Source of the DNA: Squalus acanthias
Lineage: Eukaryota
Length of the DNA stretch: 64,000 nt
Assembly: GCA_030390025.1 (NCBI GenBank)
Contig: CM059432.1
Location: 57,476,001-57,540,000 of the forward strand
Direction of reading: 5' to 3'
Shown here: positions 11,084 to 22,752 of the stretch, in pieces
How positions within the stretch are numbered: the stretch's first letter is position 1
Layout of the letters: the number at the start of each line of letters is the position of its first letter
Translations under genes and position numbers: made by a program
The notes under the pieces: model-generated
What the model saw: only the letters and a program-made list of their open reading frames with translations
What the model was told of the DNA's origin: nothing
The model's database searches: none

Positions 11084-14012
11084 TCAAAGCCACTTCCCTG
11101 CCTGCTCCCCATAACCCTTCACTCCCTTATCTTGCAAAAATCTGTCTATCTCCACCTTAAATGTATTTAATGACCCAGCCTCCATGACTCTCTGGGGCAG
11201 AGAATTCCACAGATTTACGACCCTCTGAGAGAAGAAATTCCTCCTCATCACAGTTCTAAAAGGGCGACCCTTTATTCTTAAACTATGCCCCCGAGTTCTA
11301 GATTTCCCCACGAGGGGAAACATCCTCTCTGCATCTACCTTGTCGAGCCCCCTCAGTATCTTATATGTTTCAATAAGATCACCTCTCATTCTTCTAAATT
11401 CCAATGAGTATAGGCCCAACCTGCTCAATCTTTCTTCATAAGTCAATCCCCTCATCTCTGGAATTAACCTAGTGAATCGTCTCTGAACTGCCTCCAATGC
11501 AAGTATATCCTTCCTTAAATAAGGAGACCAAAACTGTACGCAGTACTCAAGGTGTGGTCTCACCAATACCCTGTACAGTTGTAGCAGGACTTCCCTGCTT
11601 TTATACTCCAATCCCCTTGCAATAAAGGCCAACATTCCATTTGCCTTTTTGATTACTTGCTGTATCTGCATGCTAACTTTTTGTGTTTCATGCACAAGGA
11701 CTCCCAGATCCCTCTGAACTGTAGCATTTTGTAATCTCTCTCCATTTAAATAATAATTTGCTTTTTTATTTTTCCTGCCAAAGTGGATAACCTAGCACTT
11801 TCCCACATTATATTCCATCTGCCAAATGTTTGCCCACTCACTTAGCCTGTCAATATCCCTTTGCAGGTTCTTTGAGTCCTCTGCACAACTTGCTTTCCCA
11901 CCCATCTTTGTATCATTCGCAAACTTGGCTACATTACACTCGGTCCCTTCATCGAAGTCATTGATGCAGATAGTAAATAGTTGAGGTCCCAGCACTGATC
12001 CCTGTGGCACCCTACTAGTTACCGCTTGCCAACTGGAAAATTACCCGTTTATCCCGACTCTCTGCTTTCTGTTAGTTAGCCAATTCTCTATCCATGCTAA
12101 TATATTACCCCCAACTCCGTGAGCTCTTATCTTATGCAGTAACCTTTTATGTGGCACCTTATCGAATGCCTTCTGGAAATCCAAATACACCACATCCACT
12201 TGCTCAACTTTGTCCAACCTGCTCGTTACATCCTCAAAGAACTCCAGCAAATTTGTTAAACATGATTTCCCTTTCATAAAACCATGCTGACTCTGCTTGA
12301 CTGCATTATGATTTTCCAAATGCCTTGCTACTGCTTCCTTAATGAAGGACTCCAGCATTTTCCCAATGGCAGATGTTAAGCTAACTGGTCTATTTTTTCT
12401 GCTTTCTGTCTCCCTCCTTTCTTAAATAGGGGTGTTACATTTGCGGTTTTCCAATCCACTGGGACCTCTCCAGAGTCCAGGGAATTTTGGTATATTGCAA
12501 CCAATGCATCCACTATCTCTGCAGCCACTTCTTTTAAGACCCTAGGATGCAGGCCATCTGGTCCAGGGGACTTGTCGTCTTTTAGTCCCATTATTTTATC
12601 AAGTACTTTTTCTTTTGTGATAGTGATTGTCTTTAGTTCCCCCTTCCCTGTGGCCCCTTGAATATCCACTTTTGGGATGTTGTTAGTGTCTTCTACCGTG
12701 AAGACAGATACAAAATATTTGTTCAGAGTCTCTGCCATTTCCCTGTTCCCCATTATTAATTCCCCAGTCTCATCCTCTAAGGGATCAATTTTACTTTAGC
12801 TACTCTTCCTTTTTATATACCTGTAGAAGCTCTTACTATCTGTTTTAATATTTCTTGCCAGTTTACTCTCATAATTAATCTTCTCTCTCTTTATTATTTT
12901 TTTAGTCATCCTTTGCTGGTTTTTAAAAATTTCCCAATCCTCTGGCCTCCCACCAATCTTGGCAACAACGTATGCCTTTGTTTTCAATTTGATACCATCC
13001 TTTACTTCCTTAGTTAGCCACGGATGGTGCTCCCTTCTCTTAAAATCTTTTTTTCTCACTGGATATATTTTTGTTGAGAGTTATGAAATATCTCCTTAAA
13101 TGTTCGCCACTGCATTTCAACTGTCTTACCCTTTTAATTTATTTTTCCAGTACACTTTAGCCAGTTCTGCCCTCATGCCATTGTAATTGCCTTTGTTTAA
13201 GATCAGAACACTGGTTTGAGATACAACTTTCTCACCCTCCAACTGAATTTGAAATTCAACCATGCTATGATCACTCTTTCCTAGAGGATCCTTTACTATG
13301 AGATCATTTATTAATTCTGTCTCATTACACAGTACCAGATCCAAGATAGCCTGCTCCCTGGTTGGTTCCATTACGTACTGTTCTAGGAAACCATCCCGGA
13401 TGCACTCTATGAACTCCTCCTCAAGGCTACAATGGCCAATTTGATTTGTCCAATCAATATGGAGATTAAAATCACCCATGATTATTACCGTACCTTTTTT
13501 ACAGGCCTCCATTATTTGTTGATTTATACTCTGTCCAACAGTATTGCTACTGTTCGGGAGCCTGTAGACTACGCCCACCAGAGACTTTTTCCCCTTATTA
13601 TTTTTTATCTCTACCCAAACCGATTCTACATCTTGATCTTCTGAGCCAATATCATTTCTCACCACTGCACTGATCCCATCCTTTACCAACAAAGCCACCC
13701 CACCTCCCTTTCCTTTCTGTCTGTCCTTCCGAATTGTCAAATACCCTGGAATATTCAGTTCCCAGCCTGGTCTGTAATGGCGATCAGGTCATACCCATTT
13801 GTATCTATTTGTGCCGTCCACTCATCTATCTTGTTACGAATGCTGCGTGCATTCAGATATAGAGCTTTTAACTTTGTCTTTTTACTATTTCTCCTTGTTT
13901 TAGCCCGATTTTCTGTTGCACTCTTATTTTTAAACATTCTATCCCTTCCTGTCACACTCTGGTTATTATTTACCTCATCTCTATCCTGCTCTATTGGTTT
14001 CTCATTTCTCAT
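11084..14012 (-). pseudogene. CR1 ORF2 (APE endonuclease + reverse transcriptase), frameshifted
   Basis: ORF fragments 13755-14012, 13126-13740, 12796-13059, 12376-12753, 12041-12358, 11792-12010 and 11084-11695 tile the ORF2 protein. Confidence 0.9.
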
Positions 14013-14059
14013 TGACTTTTTAAATTCCCGCTCTCCTGGACTCTCCCCCCTACTATTTA

Positions 14060-14989
14060 GTTTAAAGCCCTCTCTACAGCCCTAGTTATTCAATTTGCCA
14101 GGGCTCTAGCCCCAGCATGGTTCAAGTGAAGCCGGTCCAAACGGAACAGCTCCCTCTTATCCCAGTACTGGTGCCAGTGCCCCACAAATCGAAACCCATT
14201 TCTCCCATACCAGTCTTTGAGCCACTCGTTCACTTCTCTGATCTTATTTACCCTATGCAAATTAGCTCGTGGCTCAGGTAGTAATCCAGAGATTATTACC
14301 TTTGTGGTTCTGCTTTTTAATTTAGCCCCTAGCTGCTCATACTCTCTCAGCAGAACCTCTTTCTTTGTCCTACCTATGTCATTGGTACCTACGTGGACCA
14401 TGACCCCTCCCACTCCAAGTTCCTCTCCAGCCCAGAGGAGATGTCCTTAACCCTGGCACCGGCAGGCAACACAACCTTCGGGACTCACGCTCTCGGCTGC
14501 AGAGAACAGTATCTATCCCCCTAACTATACTGTCCCCTATCATTACAACATTTCTTTTTACTCCCCCCACTTGAATGGCTCCCTGTACCACGGTGCTGTG
14601 GTCAGATTGCTCATCCTCCCTGCAGTCCCTGCCCTCGTCCACACAGGGAGCAAGAATCTCGTACCTGCTAGACAAGGCCAAGGGCTGAGGCTCCTCCATC
14701 ACTGCCTCCTGGATCCCAATACCTGCCTCGCTTGTAGTCACACCCTCCTGTCACTGACCATGGGCCAAATTAGAAGTAATTACTCTAGTGGGTGTGACTA
14801 CCTCCTGGAACTTAGTGTCCAGGTAATGCTCCCCCTTCCTAATGTGTCGCAGTGTCTGAAGCTCGGACTCCAGCTCATCAACTCTGAGCCGAAGTTCTCG
14901 AGCAGCCAACATTTGCTGCAGATGTGGTCGCCTTGGACCTCAATGGTGTCCATCAGCTCCCACATGCAACACATTGCCTGGTCTCCCAT
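14060..14989 (-). pseudogene. CR1 ORF1 (zinc finger/leucine zipper + SGNH esterase-like), frameshifted
   Basis: CMWE...HICSKC; LSSRYEIL; VMIGDSIVRG; VHVGTNDIG; DRLHLN. Confidence 0.85.
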
Positions 14990-15186
14990 CTCAATTAATT
15001 AATTAATTTGTTTTAAAATTTGGAACACGTATATCTTTTAATCTGCACCAAGGCACTTAAATTTAGATGCCCAACTTTGGAAAAAAGCGAGAAATAGAGA
15101 AATACTCACCAACCAATCACTTACCTGCTTTCTGGTGACGTCACACTTCGATTACTTTTTACTTCTTTACACCCACAGGTCCATTG

Positions 15187-15391
15187 TATCTCTCTCTCAC
15201 TCCCAGCTCAGGTCCCGCTCAGGTCCGCAGCCTCTGCTCTCGGGTCTCCTCTGCCGCGCTCTTTATCTCTCTCTCACTCCCAGCTCGGGTCCCGCTCAGG
15301 TCCGCAGCCTCTGCTCTCGGGTCTCCTCTGCCACGCTCTTTATCTCTCTCTCACTCCCAGCTCGGGCCCTGCTCAGGTCCGCAGCCTCTGC
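15187..15391 (-). repeat. 77-bp GC-rich tandem repeat (2.7 copies) at the CR1 5' end
   Basis: Unit starts at 15187, 15264 and 15341 (TATCTCTCTCTCACTCCCAGCTC...). Confidence 0.92.
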
Positions 15392-15594
15392 TGGTCCAGT
15401 TAAGTTTCTGGTCAATGGTGACCCCCAGGATGTTGATGGTGGGGGATTCAGCGATGGTAATGCCATTGAATGTCAAGGGGCGGTGGTTAGACTCTCGCTT
15501 GTTGGAGATAATCATTGTCTGGCACTTCTGTGGCGTGAATGTTACCTGCTACCTATCAGCCCAAGCCTGAATGTTGTCCAGGTCCTGTTGCATG

Positions 15595-16056
15595 AATAAA
15601 AAAGAAAGACTTCATTTATATAGCGCCTTTCACGACCACCAGACATCTCAAAGCATTTTACAGCCAATGAAGTACTTTTGAAGTGGAGTCACTGTTGTAA
15701 TGTGGGAAACGCAGCAGCCAATTTGCACACAGCAAGGTCCCACAAACAGCAATGTGATAATGACCAGATAATCTGTTTTTGTTATGTTGGTTGAGGGATA
15801 AGTATTGGCCAGGACATCGGGGATAACGCCCCTGCTCTTCTTCGAAATAGTGCCATGGGATCTTTTACGTCCACCTGAGAGAGCAGACTCAGTTTAACGT
15901 CTCATCTGAAAGACAGCACCTCAGACAGTGCAGCATTCCCTCAGCACTGCACTGGAGTGTCAGCCTAGCTTTATGTGCTCAAGTCCCTGGAGTGGGACTT
16001 GAACCCACAACCTTCTGACTCAGAGGTGAGTGTGCTACCCACTGAGCCACAGCTGA
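15595..16056 (-). mobile_element. Full-length tRNA-derived Deu-domain SINE (SacSINE1-like)
   Basis: A box TGGCTCAGTGG and B box GGTTCAAGTCC. Deu-like core GATGAGACGTTAAAC..AAAGATCCCATGGCAC. L2-like tail GAAAGGCGCTATATAAATG. Confidence 0.85.
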
Positions 16057-18626
16057 GGAATGGGCACATTGCAGGCATGGACTGCTTCACTATCTGAGCA
16101 GTTGCGAATGGCGCTGAACACTGTGCAGTCATCAGCCAACATCCCATTTCTAACCTTATGTTGGAGGGAAGGTCATTGATGAAGCAGCTGAAGATGGTTG
16201 AGCCTAGGACACTGCCTTGAGGAACTCCTGCAGCGATGTCCTGGGGCTGTGATGGTTGACCTTCAACCATCACGACCATCTTCCTTTGTGCTAGGTATGA
16301 CTCCAGCCAGTGGAGAGTTTTACCCCCGATTCCCATTGACTTCAGTTTTACTAGGGCTCCTTGATGCCAGACTCGGTCAAATGCTGCCTTGATGTCAAGG
16401 GCAGTCACTCTCACCTCACCTCTGGAATTCAGCTCCTTTGTCCATGTTTGGACCAAGGCTGTAATGAGGTCGGGAGCTGAGAGGTCTTGGCGGAACCCAA
16501 ACTGGGAATCAGTGAGCAGGTTATTGGTGAGTAAGTGCCATTTGATAGCACTGTTGATGACACCTTCCATCACTTTGCTGATGATTGAAATTAGACTGAT
16601 GGGGCGGTAATTGGCCGGATTGGATTTGTGCTACTTTTTGTGGACAGGACATACCTGGGCAGTTTTCCACATTGTCGGATAGATGCCAGTGTTGTAGCTA
16701 TACTGGAACAGCTTGGCTAGAGGCGCGGCTAGTTCTGGAGCACAAGTCTTCAGCACGATAGCCGGGATGTTGTCGGGGCCCATAGCCTTTGCTGTATCCA
16801 GTGCGCTCAGCCGTTTCTTGATATCATGTGGAGTGAATCGAATTAGCTGAAGACTGGCTTCTGTGATGGTGGGGACCTCAAGAGGAGGCCGATATGGATC
16901 ATCCACTCAGCAGTTCTGGCTGAAGATGGTTGCAAACGCTTCAGCCTTGTCTTTTGCACTCATGTGCTGGGCTCCACCATCATTGAGGATGGGGATATTC
17001 ATGGAGCCTCCACCACCCATTAGTTGTTTAATGATCCACCACCATTCACGACTGGATGTGGCAGGACTGCAGAGCTTTGATCTGATCTGTTGATTGTGGG
17101 ATCGCTTAGCTCTGTCTATAGCATGCTGCTTACACTTTTTAGCTCCCTACTTTGGTAGGAACAATAGAAAAACAGAATATTTTTTAAAAGGTGAGAACCT
17201 ATTCAATGTTGGTGTTCAGAGAGATCTAGAAGCCCTCGTACATGAAACACAGAGGCCGAGATTTTCCTTACCTCGGTGGGTCTGGGGTGGGCGACGTCGG
17301 TGGTGGGTCCCAATCCTGCTGCTGACTCCATCTCGCACTGGAAAATTATTTTCCGTTGATAGGGCCTGTTAAGCCCGCCCAGCGCGTTTCCCGGGCTAAT
17401 TAGAGGGAGCAGGTCTGGTGAAGTCATTTATGACGCGTTATCAACCGATTTCCTTTAAGGGACCATGGCCAACTTTCTTTTAACATTTGTGCTGTCAGTG
17501 TTCTACAGCATTGAAGTGCTGCAAACACTGACAATGACTACACAGAGGTGCATGGTTCCACCCAGGTTCTCCCATGACTCCCTCCATATGCTTATGGAGG
17601 CAGTCAGAGCACGCAGGGAGGTCCTCTTCCCTTCCGATGGGCGGAAGACACCTTCCCAGGGGACCAATTAGCCTGGTTGCACATTGCAGAGGAGGGCACA
17701 AGCAGGGATGTTGTCAGGAGGGCCTGGGTGCAGTGGCGCAAACCTTTCAATGATCTCATTAGATCACGAAACGTTAGTACAAAGCCACACTCAACTGCAT
17801 CCTGCTGTGCCTCTCATCACATCCCCATCACTCTGCCGTCCCTACCCTACTCCTGCACATCCTTACTCACACCAACTTACCTTGCACGTCCACCCATCCT
17901 TCTCTCTATATCTACATTATCACAACCCCATCTCACTAGCCACCCCTCACACTCACCCTCATCCTATAGCCATTATACCAATGAACAAAACACAAGGGTA
18001 GCCACTTGGGTCTTTTATCCAATGTTCAAATAAAGTTTATGTTAATGTGCTGTCAAACATTGAAACCTTTATTTTCAACACTTTGCGTTCTTGGACAGAT
18101 TTGTGTGAATCTTTGGAAGTGGCTTAGTGAGTTGTAGTGAATGGTGAGACATAATGGTAACCCCCGCAATGGTGGTGAGTGTGAATGGAATGGCTTGGGC
18201 ATTGTAGGGATGCTTTATGGTGTTGGTGTGGGGTGGTGCCAACCTGGCGCATCATGTGGCAGCCAGAGTGTACAGCGTCAAGTGAAGTAAATCTGGCCAC
18301 GGTGAGGCCATCCCTGACCTCCAGGCAGCAATGTGCTCGGGCGCTGATGCTTTGTGTCCTGTGCAACATCAGGTGATTGCGGAGAAGGTTGGTGCTGCTT
18401 GTGTGCCTGGTGCTGTTGGTGTTGGGGCTGATCGTGGTCCAATTCTGAGGACCAAGGTGAGACAGTATAAACGGCACCCATGGTGATGGAATAGATGGCA
18501 GGTGAAGTAGAGATGACAGAAGCATTCTGTCAATGGTGGAGTTCTTCCAATGAGGTGAGACTGGATTGAGAGTGGAAAGTGGAAAACTTGTAGAATCTGT
18601 GCTGGAAATGGACTGAGAAACAGCTT

Positions 18627-19421
18627 CACACCATAGCAAAATACTGCGGATGCTGGAAATCTGAAATAACAACAGAAAACGCTGGAAACACTCAGCAGGC
18701 CAGGCAGCATCCGTGGAGAGAGAAACAGAGTTAACGTTTCAGGCTGGGCCCCTTCATCAGAACTAGAAAAAGCTGGAGATGTAACAGATATTAAGCAGGT
18801 GCAGAGACAGGGGTGGGGGTGGGGGGGGGGGTGGAGGGAGGAAGGAATTGAAGGAATACGCTGTGCTTTTGTAAGAGGCAGGAAAGATAAAATGTTGCAA
18901 ATGGGAGTGGCAAAATCATACAGCCTGAAAAATGGGGGCAGGGGTTATAGTCTAAAATTGTTGAACTCAATGTTGAGTCCAGTAGGCTGTAAAGTGCCTA
19001 ATCGAAAGATGAGGTGCTGTTCCTCGAGCTTACATTGAGCTTCATTGGAACAATGTAATAGGCTGAGGACAGAGAGATCAGAGTGGGAGTGAAGCGGTGA
19101 ATTAAAGTGACAGGCGACCGGAAGCTCAGGGTCACCCTTACGGACTGAATGGAGGTGTTCCGCAAAGAGGTCACCCAATCTGCGTTTGGTCTCCCCAATG
19201 TAGAGGAGACCGCATCGTGAGCAGCGAATACAGTATACTAAATTGCAAGAAGTACAAGTAAATCGCTGTTTCACCTGGAAGGGGTGTTTGGGGCCCTGGA
19301 CAGTGGGAAGGGAGGAGGTAAAAGGGCATGTGTTGCATCTCCTGCGCTTGCACGGGAAGGTGCCAGGCGAAGGGGAAGGGCTGTTAGGGGTGATTGAGGA
19401 GTGGACCAGGGTGTCGCGGAG
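18627..19421 (-). mobile_element. Penelope-like element 3' part (GIY-YIG endonuclease + pseudo-LTR)
   Basis: FTCTSCNLVYCIRCSRCGLLYIGETKRRL..RF-like..EH motif, ending GLNIEF. GAAACAGCTT duplicated at 18617-18626 and 19422-19431. Confidence 0.92.
18729..18764 (-). ncRNA. Minimal type I hammerhead ribozyme (Penelope pLTR)
   Basis: Minus strand reads AGUU-CUGAUGA-AGG(GGCCCAG)CCU-GAA-AC/GU-U-AACU. Confidence 0.75.
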
Positions 19422-20875
19422 GAAACAGCTTGTGGCTGAGGAAAGTGGTCATCTGTCAGGTGGGAGCTTTTACTGTACATTTGAAGCTGTCAAGCAATCA
19501 GCTGGAGCAATGGCCACTGAACTCCCACTTCAGGTTGACAGCTGTGGTTCCCGAACAGTGCGGTTCCTGTGGCCATGAAGTTAAAGTGAAAAGATAATTT
19601 AAAAATGCCTGTTAATGATCTGTCAACTAGATGGTAGTGAGTTTAATTGGGTCTCCCGCCGCTACCTATCGGGTCTGCTCAGTGCTGACAGACCCGACAT
19701 GCGTTGCGGTGGGTTGACAGTGGGGTCCTGATCCGCTGTCAAATAAATCAAATTTCCCACCCAATCCCGCCTGCTGACCCCACCAGAAAATTCCGGCCAG
19801 AAAGTTAGCATGCAAGTACAGCAAGCAATTAGGAAGGCAAATAGTATGTTGGCCTTTATTACAAGGGGGTTGGAGTATCAGAGTAAGGAAATCTTGCTAC
19901 AATTGTGCAGGGCTTCGGTGAGACCACTGTGCACAGTTTTGGTCTCCTTATCTAAGAAAAGATATACTTGCCTTAGAGGCGGTGCAACAAAGGTTTACTA
20001 GATTGATTCCTGGGATGAGAGGATTGTCCTATGAGGAGAGATTGAGTAGATTGGGCAAATGTGACACCATTGTTCAAGAAAGGGTGTAAGGACAATTCTA
20101 GTAACTACAGGCCGGTCAGTTTAACATCAGTGGTGGGTAAAGTTTTAGAAGGAAAAAATTAACGGGCACTTGGAGAGGTTTAAGCTAATTAAGGAGAGCC
20201 AACACGGATTTGTAAAAGGCAGATCGTGTTTAACTAATCTAATTGAATTTTTTGATGAAGTAACAGAGAGGATTGATGAAGGCAATGCAATGGATGTTGT
20301 CTACACGGATTTTCAGAAGGCGTTTGACAAAGTACCACATAGAAGGCTGATTAACAAAATTGAGGCTCATGGAATAGGTGGGTCAGTGGCAGCTTGGATA
20401 AGGAATTGGTTTAAGGACAGAAAACAGCGAGTTGTGGTAAATGGCTGTTTTTCAGACTGGAGGATGGTAGACAGTGGTGTTCTCCAAGGGTCAGTGCTGG
20501 GCCATTGCTTTTTTTGATATATATAAATGACCTGGATATTGGAATACAGAGTAGAATTTCTAAATTTGCCGATGACACCAAACTTGGGGGTGTGGCAAAC
20601 AGTGAGGATGATACCAATCAACTGCAACAGTACATAGAAAGGCTAGCAGAATGGGCAGACAAGTGGCAGATGGAATTTAATACAGAGAAGTGTGAGGTGA
20701 TGCATTTTGGCAGAAGGAACAGGGAGAGGCAATATACACTTAATGGCACAGTTTTAGAGTGTGCAGGGACAGAGGGACCTGGAGTTAATGTGCACAGGTC
20801 CCTGAAGGTGGCAGGACATATTGAGAGAGTGGTTAGCAAAGCATATGGGATCTTGGGCTTCATAAATAGGGATAT

Positions 20876-21242
20876 GGGATCTCGGGTTCATGTCACGCTA
20901 CAGAACGTGACGTGACATCGTTGTCTGTCTTTCCAGTTTTAAAAAAAACACACAAAAAAAAACAACCAAAAAAAAGTTAGGAGCTCAACTGCAGACGGCA
21001 GCATTTGACACGTTGGACCCCCTGTGACCCACCTCATTGTCTTGGCTGTGCTCTGATGTGTCTTTGATGTCGTGCCTTCCTGACGGATTGTATCTCTGTA
21101 GACAAGTCGCTCTCTGTGTATATATACTGTGTATTAGATTCCCTCACTGTACCTCTACCTGACGAAGGAGCAGCAGCTCCGAAAGCTCGTAATTTTAAAT
21201 AAAACTGTTGGACTATAACTTGGTGTTGTGCGACTTCTCATT
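20876..21242 (+). mobile_element. Penelope/Poseidon-like 3' end (C-terminal codons + pseudo-LTR)
   Basis: Starts DLGFMSRY (Penelope-type C-terminus). TATA-like TATATATA, hammerhead, AATAAA. TTCATAAATAG duplicated on both sides. Confidence 0.75.
21156..21191 (+). ncRNA. Minimal type I hammerhead ribozyme
   Basis: UAC-CUGACGA-A-GGAGC(AGCA)GCUCC-GAA-AG/CU-C-GUA. Perfect 5-bp stem II and palindromic AGCU helix III. Confidence 0.8.
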
Positions 21243-21858
21243 TTCATAAATAGAGGTATTGAGTACAAAAGTAGAGAAGTTATGCTGAACCTTTATAAAG
21301 TGTTGGTTAGGCCACAACTGGAGTACTGCGTCCAGTTCTGGTCACCACACTTTAGGAAGGATGTGAAGGCCCTTGTAAGGGTGCAGAGGAGATTTACCAG
21401 AATGGTTCCAGGGATGGGGGATCTCAGCTACAAGGACAGGTTAGAGAAGCTGGATTTGTTTTCATTAGAGCAAAGGAGGTTGAGGGGTGATTTGATAGAG
21501 GTGTACAAGATTATGATGGGTTTGGATAGGCTAGACGGGGAAAGGCTGTTCCCACTAATTGATGGTACAAGGACTAGGGGATACAAATTTAAGGTTTTGG
21601 GCAACAGATACAGGGGGGATGTGAGGAAAAACTTTTTTACGCAGCGAGTGGTGAGGACCTGGAACTCGCTGCCGACGGAACTGGTGGAAGCGGTGACACT
21701 CAATGTTTTCAACGGGAGACTGGATAGGCACTTGAGGGAAATAAACTTGCAGGGCTACAGGGATAGAGCGGGGGATGAGACTGACTGGATTGCTCTACAG
21801 AGAGCCGGCACGGACTCGATGGGCCGAATGGCCTCCTTCTGTGCCGTTATGACGCTAT

Positions 21859-22740
21859 GGGGGAAAAATTCAGTTGGTTGCGCCTCCCGTTAGCGCCTTA
21901 AGAGGGCGCTAATGGGACGCAAAGCAACTAGCGCCCGGGCGCGGCGATGTTTGCGCCACTCGTGAAATTAACTAGACATTTTGCGGCGGCGCTAAACATT
22001 TCTGCCACGATCTCATGCGCCGGCAGATCGTGACGTCAGTCGAGTGCGCAACGCCCCGGAGTGGATATTGAGTGGCGCCCCCTGCCTTACCGCCTGCCGC
22101 TAGCAACGACAGGTTGAGGCAGCGTTTTGCATTCAGGAAGGGACTGGGGGAGCGCTATTTAAAGGCGACCGCTTCCTGCCTTTTTTTGTTGGTGACATTT
22201 TTGAACCACGCATTCTGAGAGAGAGAGAGAGAGACTTCTGGAGAGATTCAACGCTGTGTGAAGGAGTTTTGGGTACTGAGCAGCACTTTGCAGGTTCATT
22301 TTGAGTTGCCCTTTCTTGTATCGATTTAGAAGAGACTATGGGGGCTGCACTCTGAGCTCTTTCCCTGGTACTCTCCATTGTTCTTTCCAGCAGATTTGAT
22401 GTGCAGGTCTCTCCAGGCTGAGATTCAAGGCTGAAATGAGCAGGATGTGGATGGAAAGCAAGATCAACCCTCCCCTTTAAGAACTGGCCGGCGCCATTGT
22501 GTCTGTGTTCCATTGCTGACTGACATCACATGAGATTCGCCAGCGCTCTGAGGTAGCGCCTCGCTCCTCGGCCTTTGTGCCTTAAGACAGGATTGAAGCG
22601 CCTGATTTAGCGCTCCAATCACCTCCAGGGGGCGATAAAAGCCAAGTTTGCAGTCGGAGGCGATAATTAGCGGCAGGCGCTAAACTTTGCGCACGGCTGA
22701 TAATTGCGCCCCAAACGGGGCGATACTGAATTTCTCCCCC
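21859..22740 (+). mobile_element. GC-rich non-autonomous Harbinger derivative
   Basis: TIRs GGGGGAAAAATTCAGT / ACTGAATTTCTCCCCC. TAT target. Many AGCGCC/GGCGCT subterminal motifs. Confidence 0.85.
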
Positions 22741-22752
22741 ATATGACTCTAT

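Larger units (their letters stand above)
10997..15391 (-). mobile_element. Near full-length vertebrate-type CR1 LINE (ORF1 + ORF2, decayed)
   Basis: (CTTATGTT)-type 3' tail at ~10997. APE domain (LYLNARSIRNK, IMGDFN, LGKSDH), RT (YLDFQKAFDKVPH), ORF1 esterase (IGDSIVRG, VHVGTND), 5' tandem repeats. Confidence 0.93.
10372..17140 (-). mobile_element. LINE-B (CR1-clade, ALDIKAAFDRVWH type), 5'-truncated; pieces 10372-10996, 15390-15594, 16069-17140
   Basis: RT motifs QFGFRQ, ALDIKAAFDRVWHQG, GVPQGSVLG. 3' UTR with AATAAA and A-rich tail at ~10372. Pieces are collinear. Confidence 0.88.
17253..19797 (+). mobile_element. Internally deleted Harbinger (Myb exon 1 on +, transposase C-terminus on -) with nested Penelope
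   Basis: TIRs AGGCCGAGATTTTC / GAAAATTCCGGC. CAG TSD (17250-17252, 19798-19800). Myb exon PRFSHDSLHMLMEAV...WVQWRKPFNDL at 17533-17772. EHIAA..EVRDGLTVARF on - near 18290-18345. Confidence 0.88.
20057..21858 (+). mobile_element. 5'-truncated CR1 LINE with (TATGACTC)n tail, interrupted by a Penelope end and two MITEs
   Basis: RT ORFs 20170-20517, 20505-20869 and 21243-21790; 3' UTR GGGCCGAATGGCCTCCTTCTGTG. Confidence 0.9.

Noticed and set aside
15187..15391. CRISPR-like array
   Set aside because: Head-to-tail repeats without unique spacers, in a eukaryotic context.
15990..16056. tRNA genes (also ~51213-51285, 46905-46994, 37600-37667)
   Set aside because: A/B boxes continue into SINE/LINE bodies; no complete cloverleaf with a terminator.
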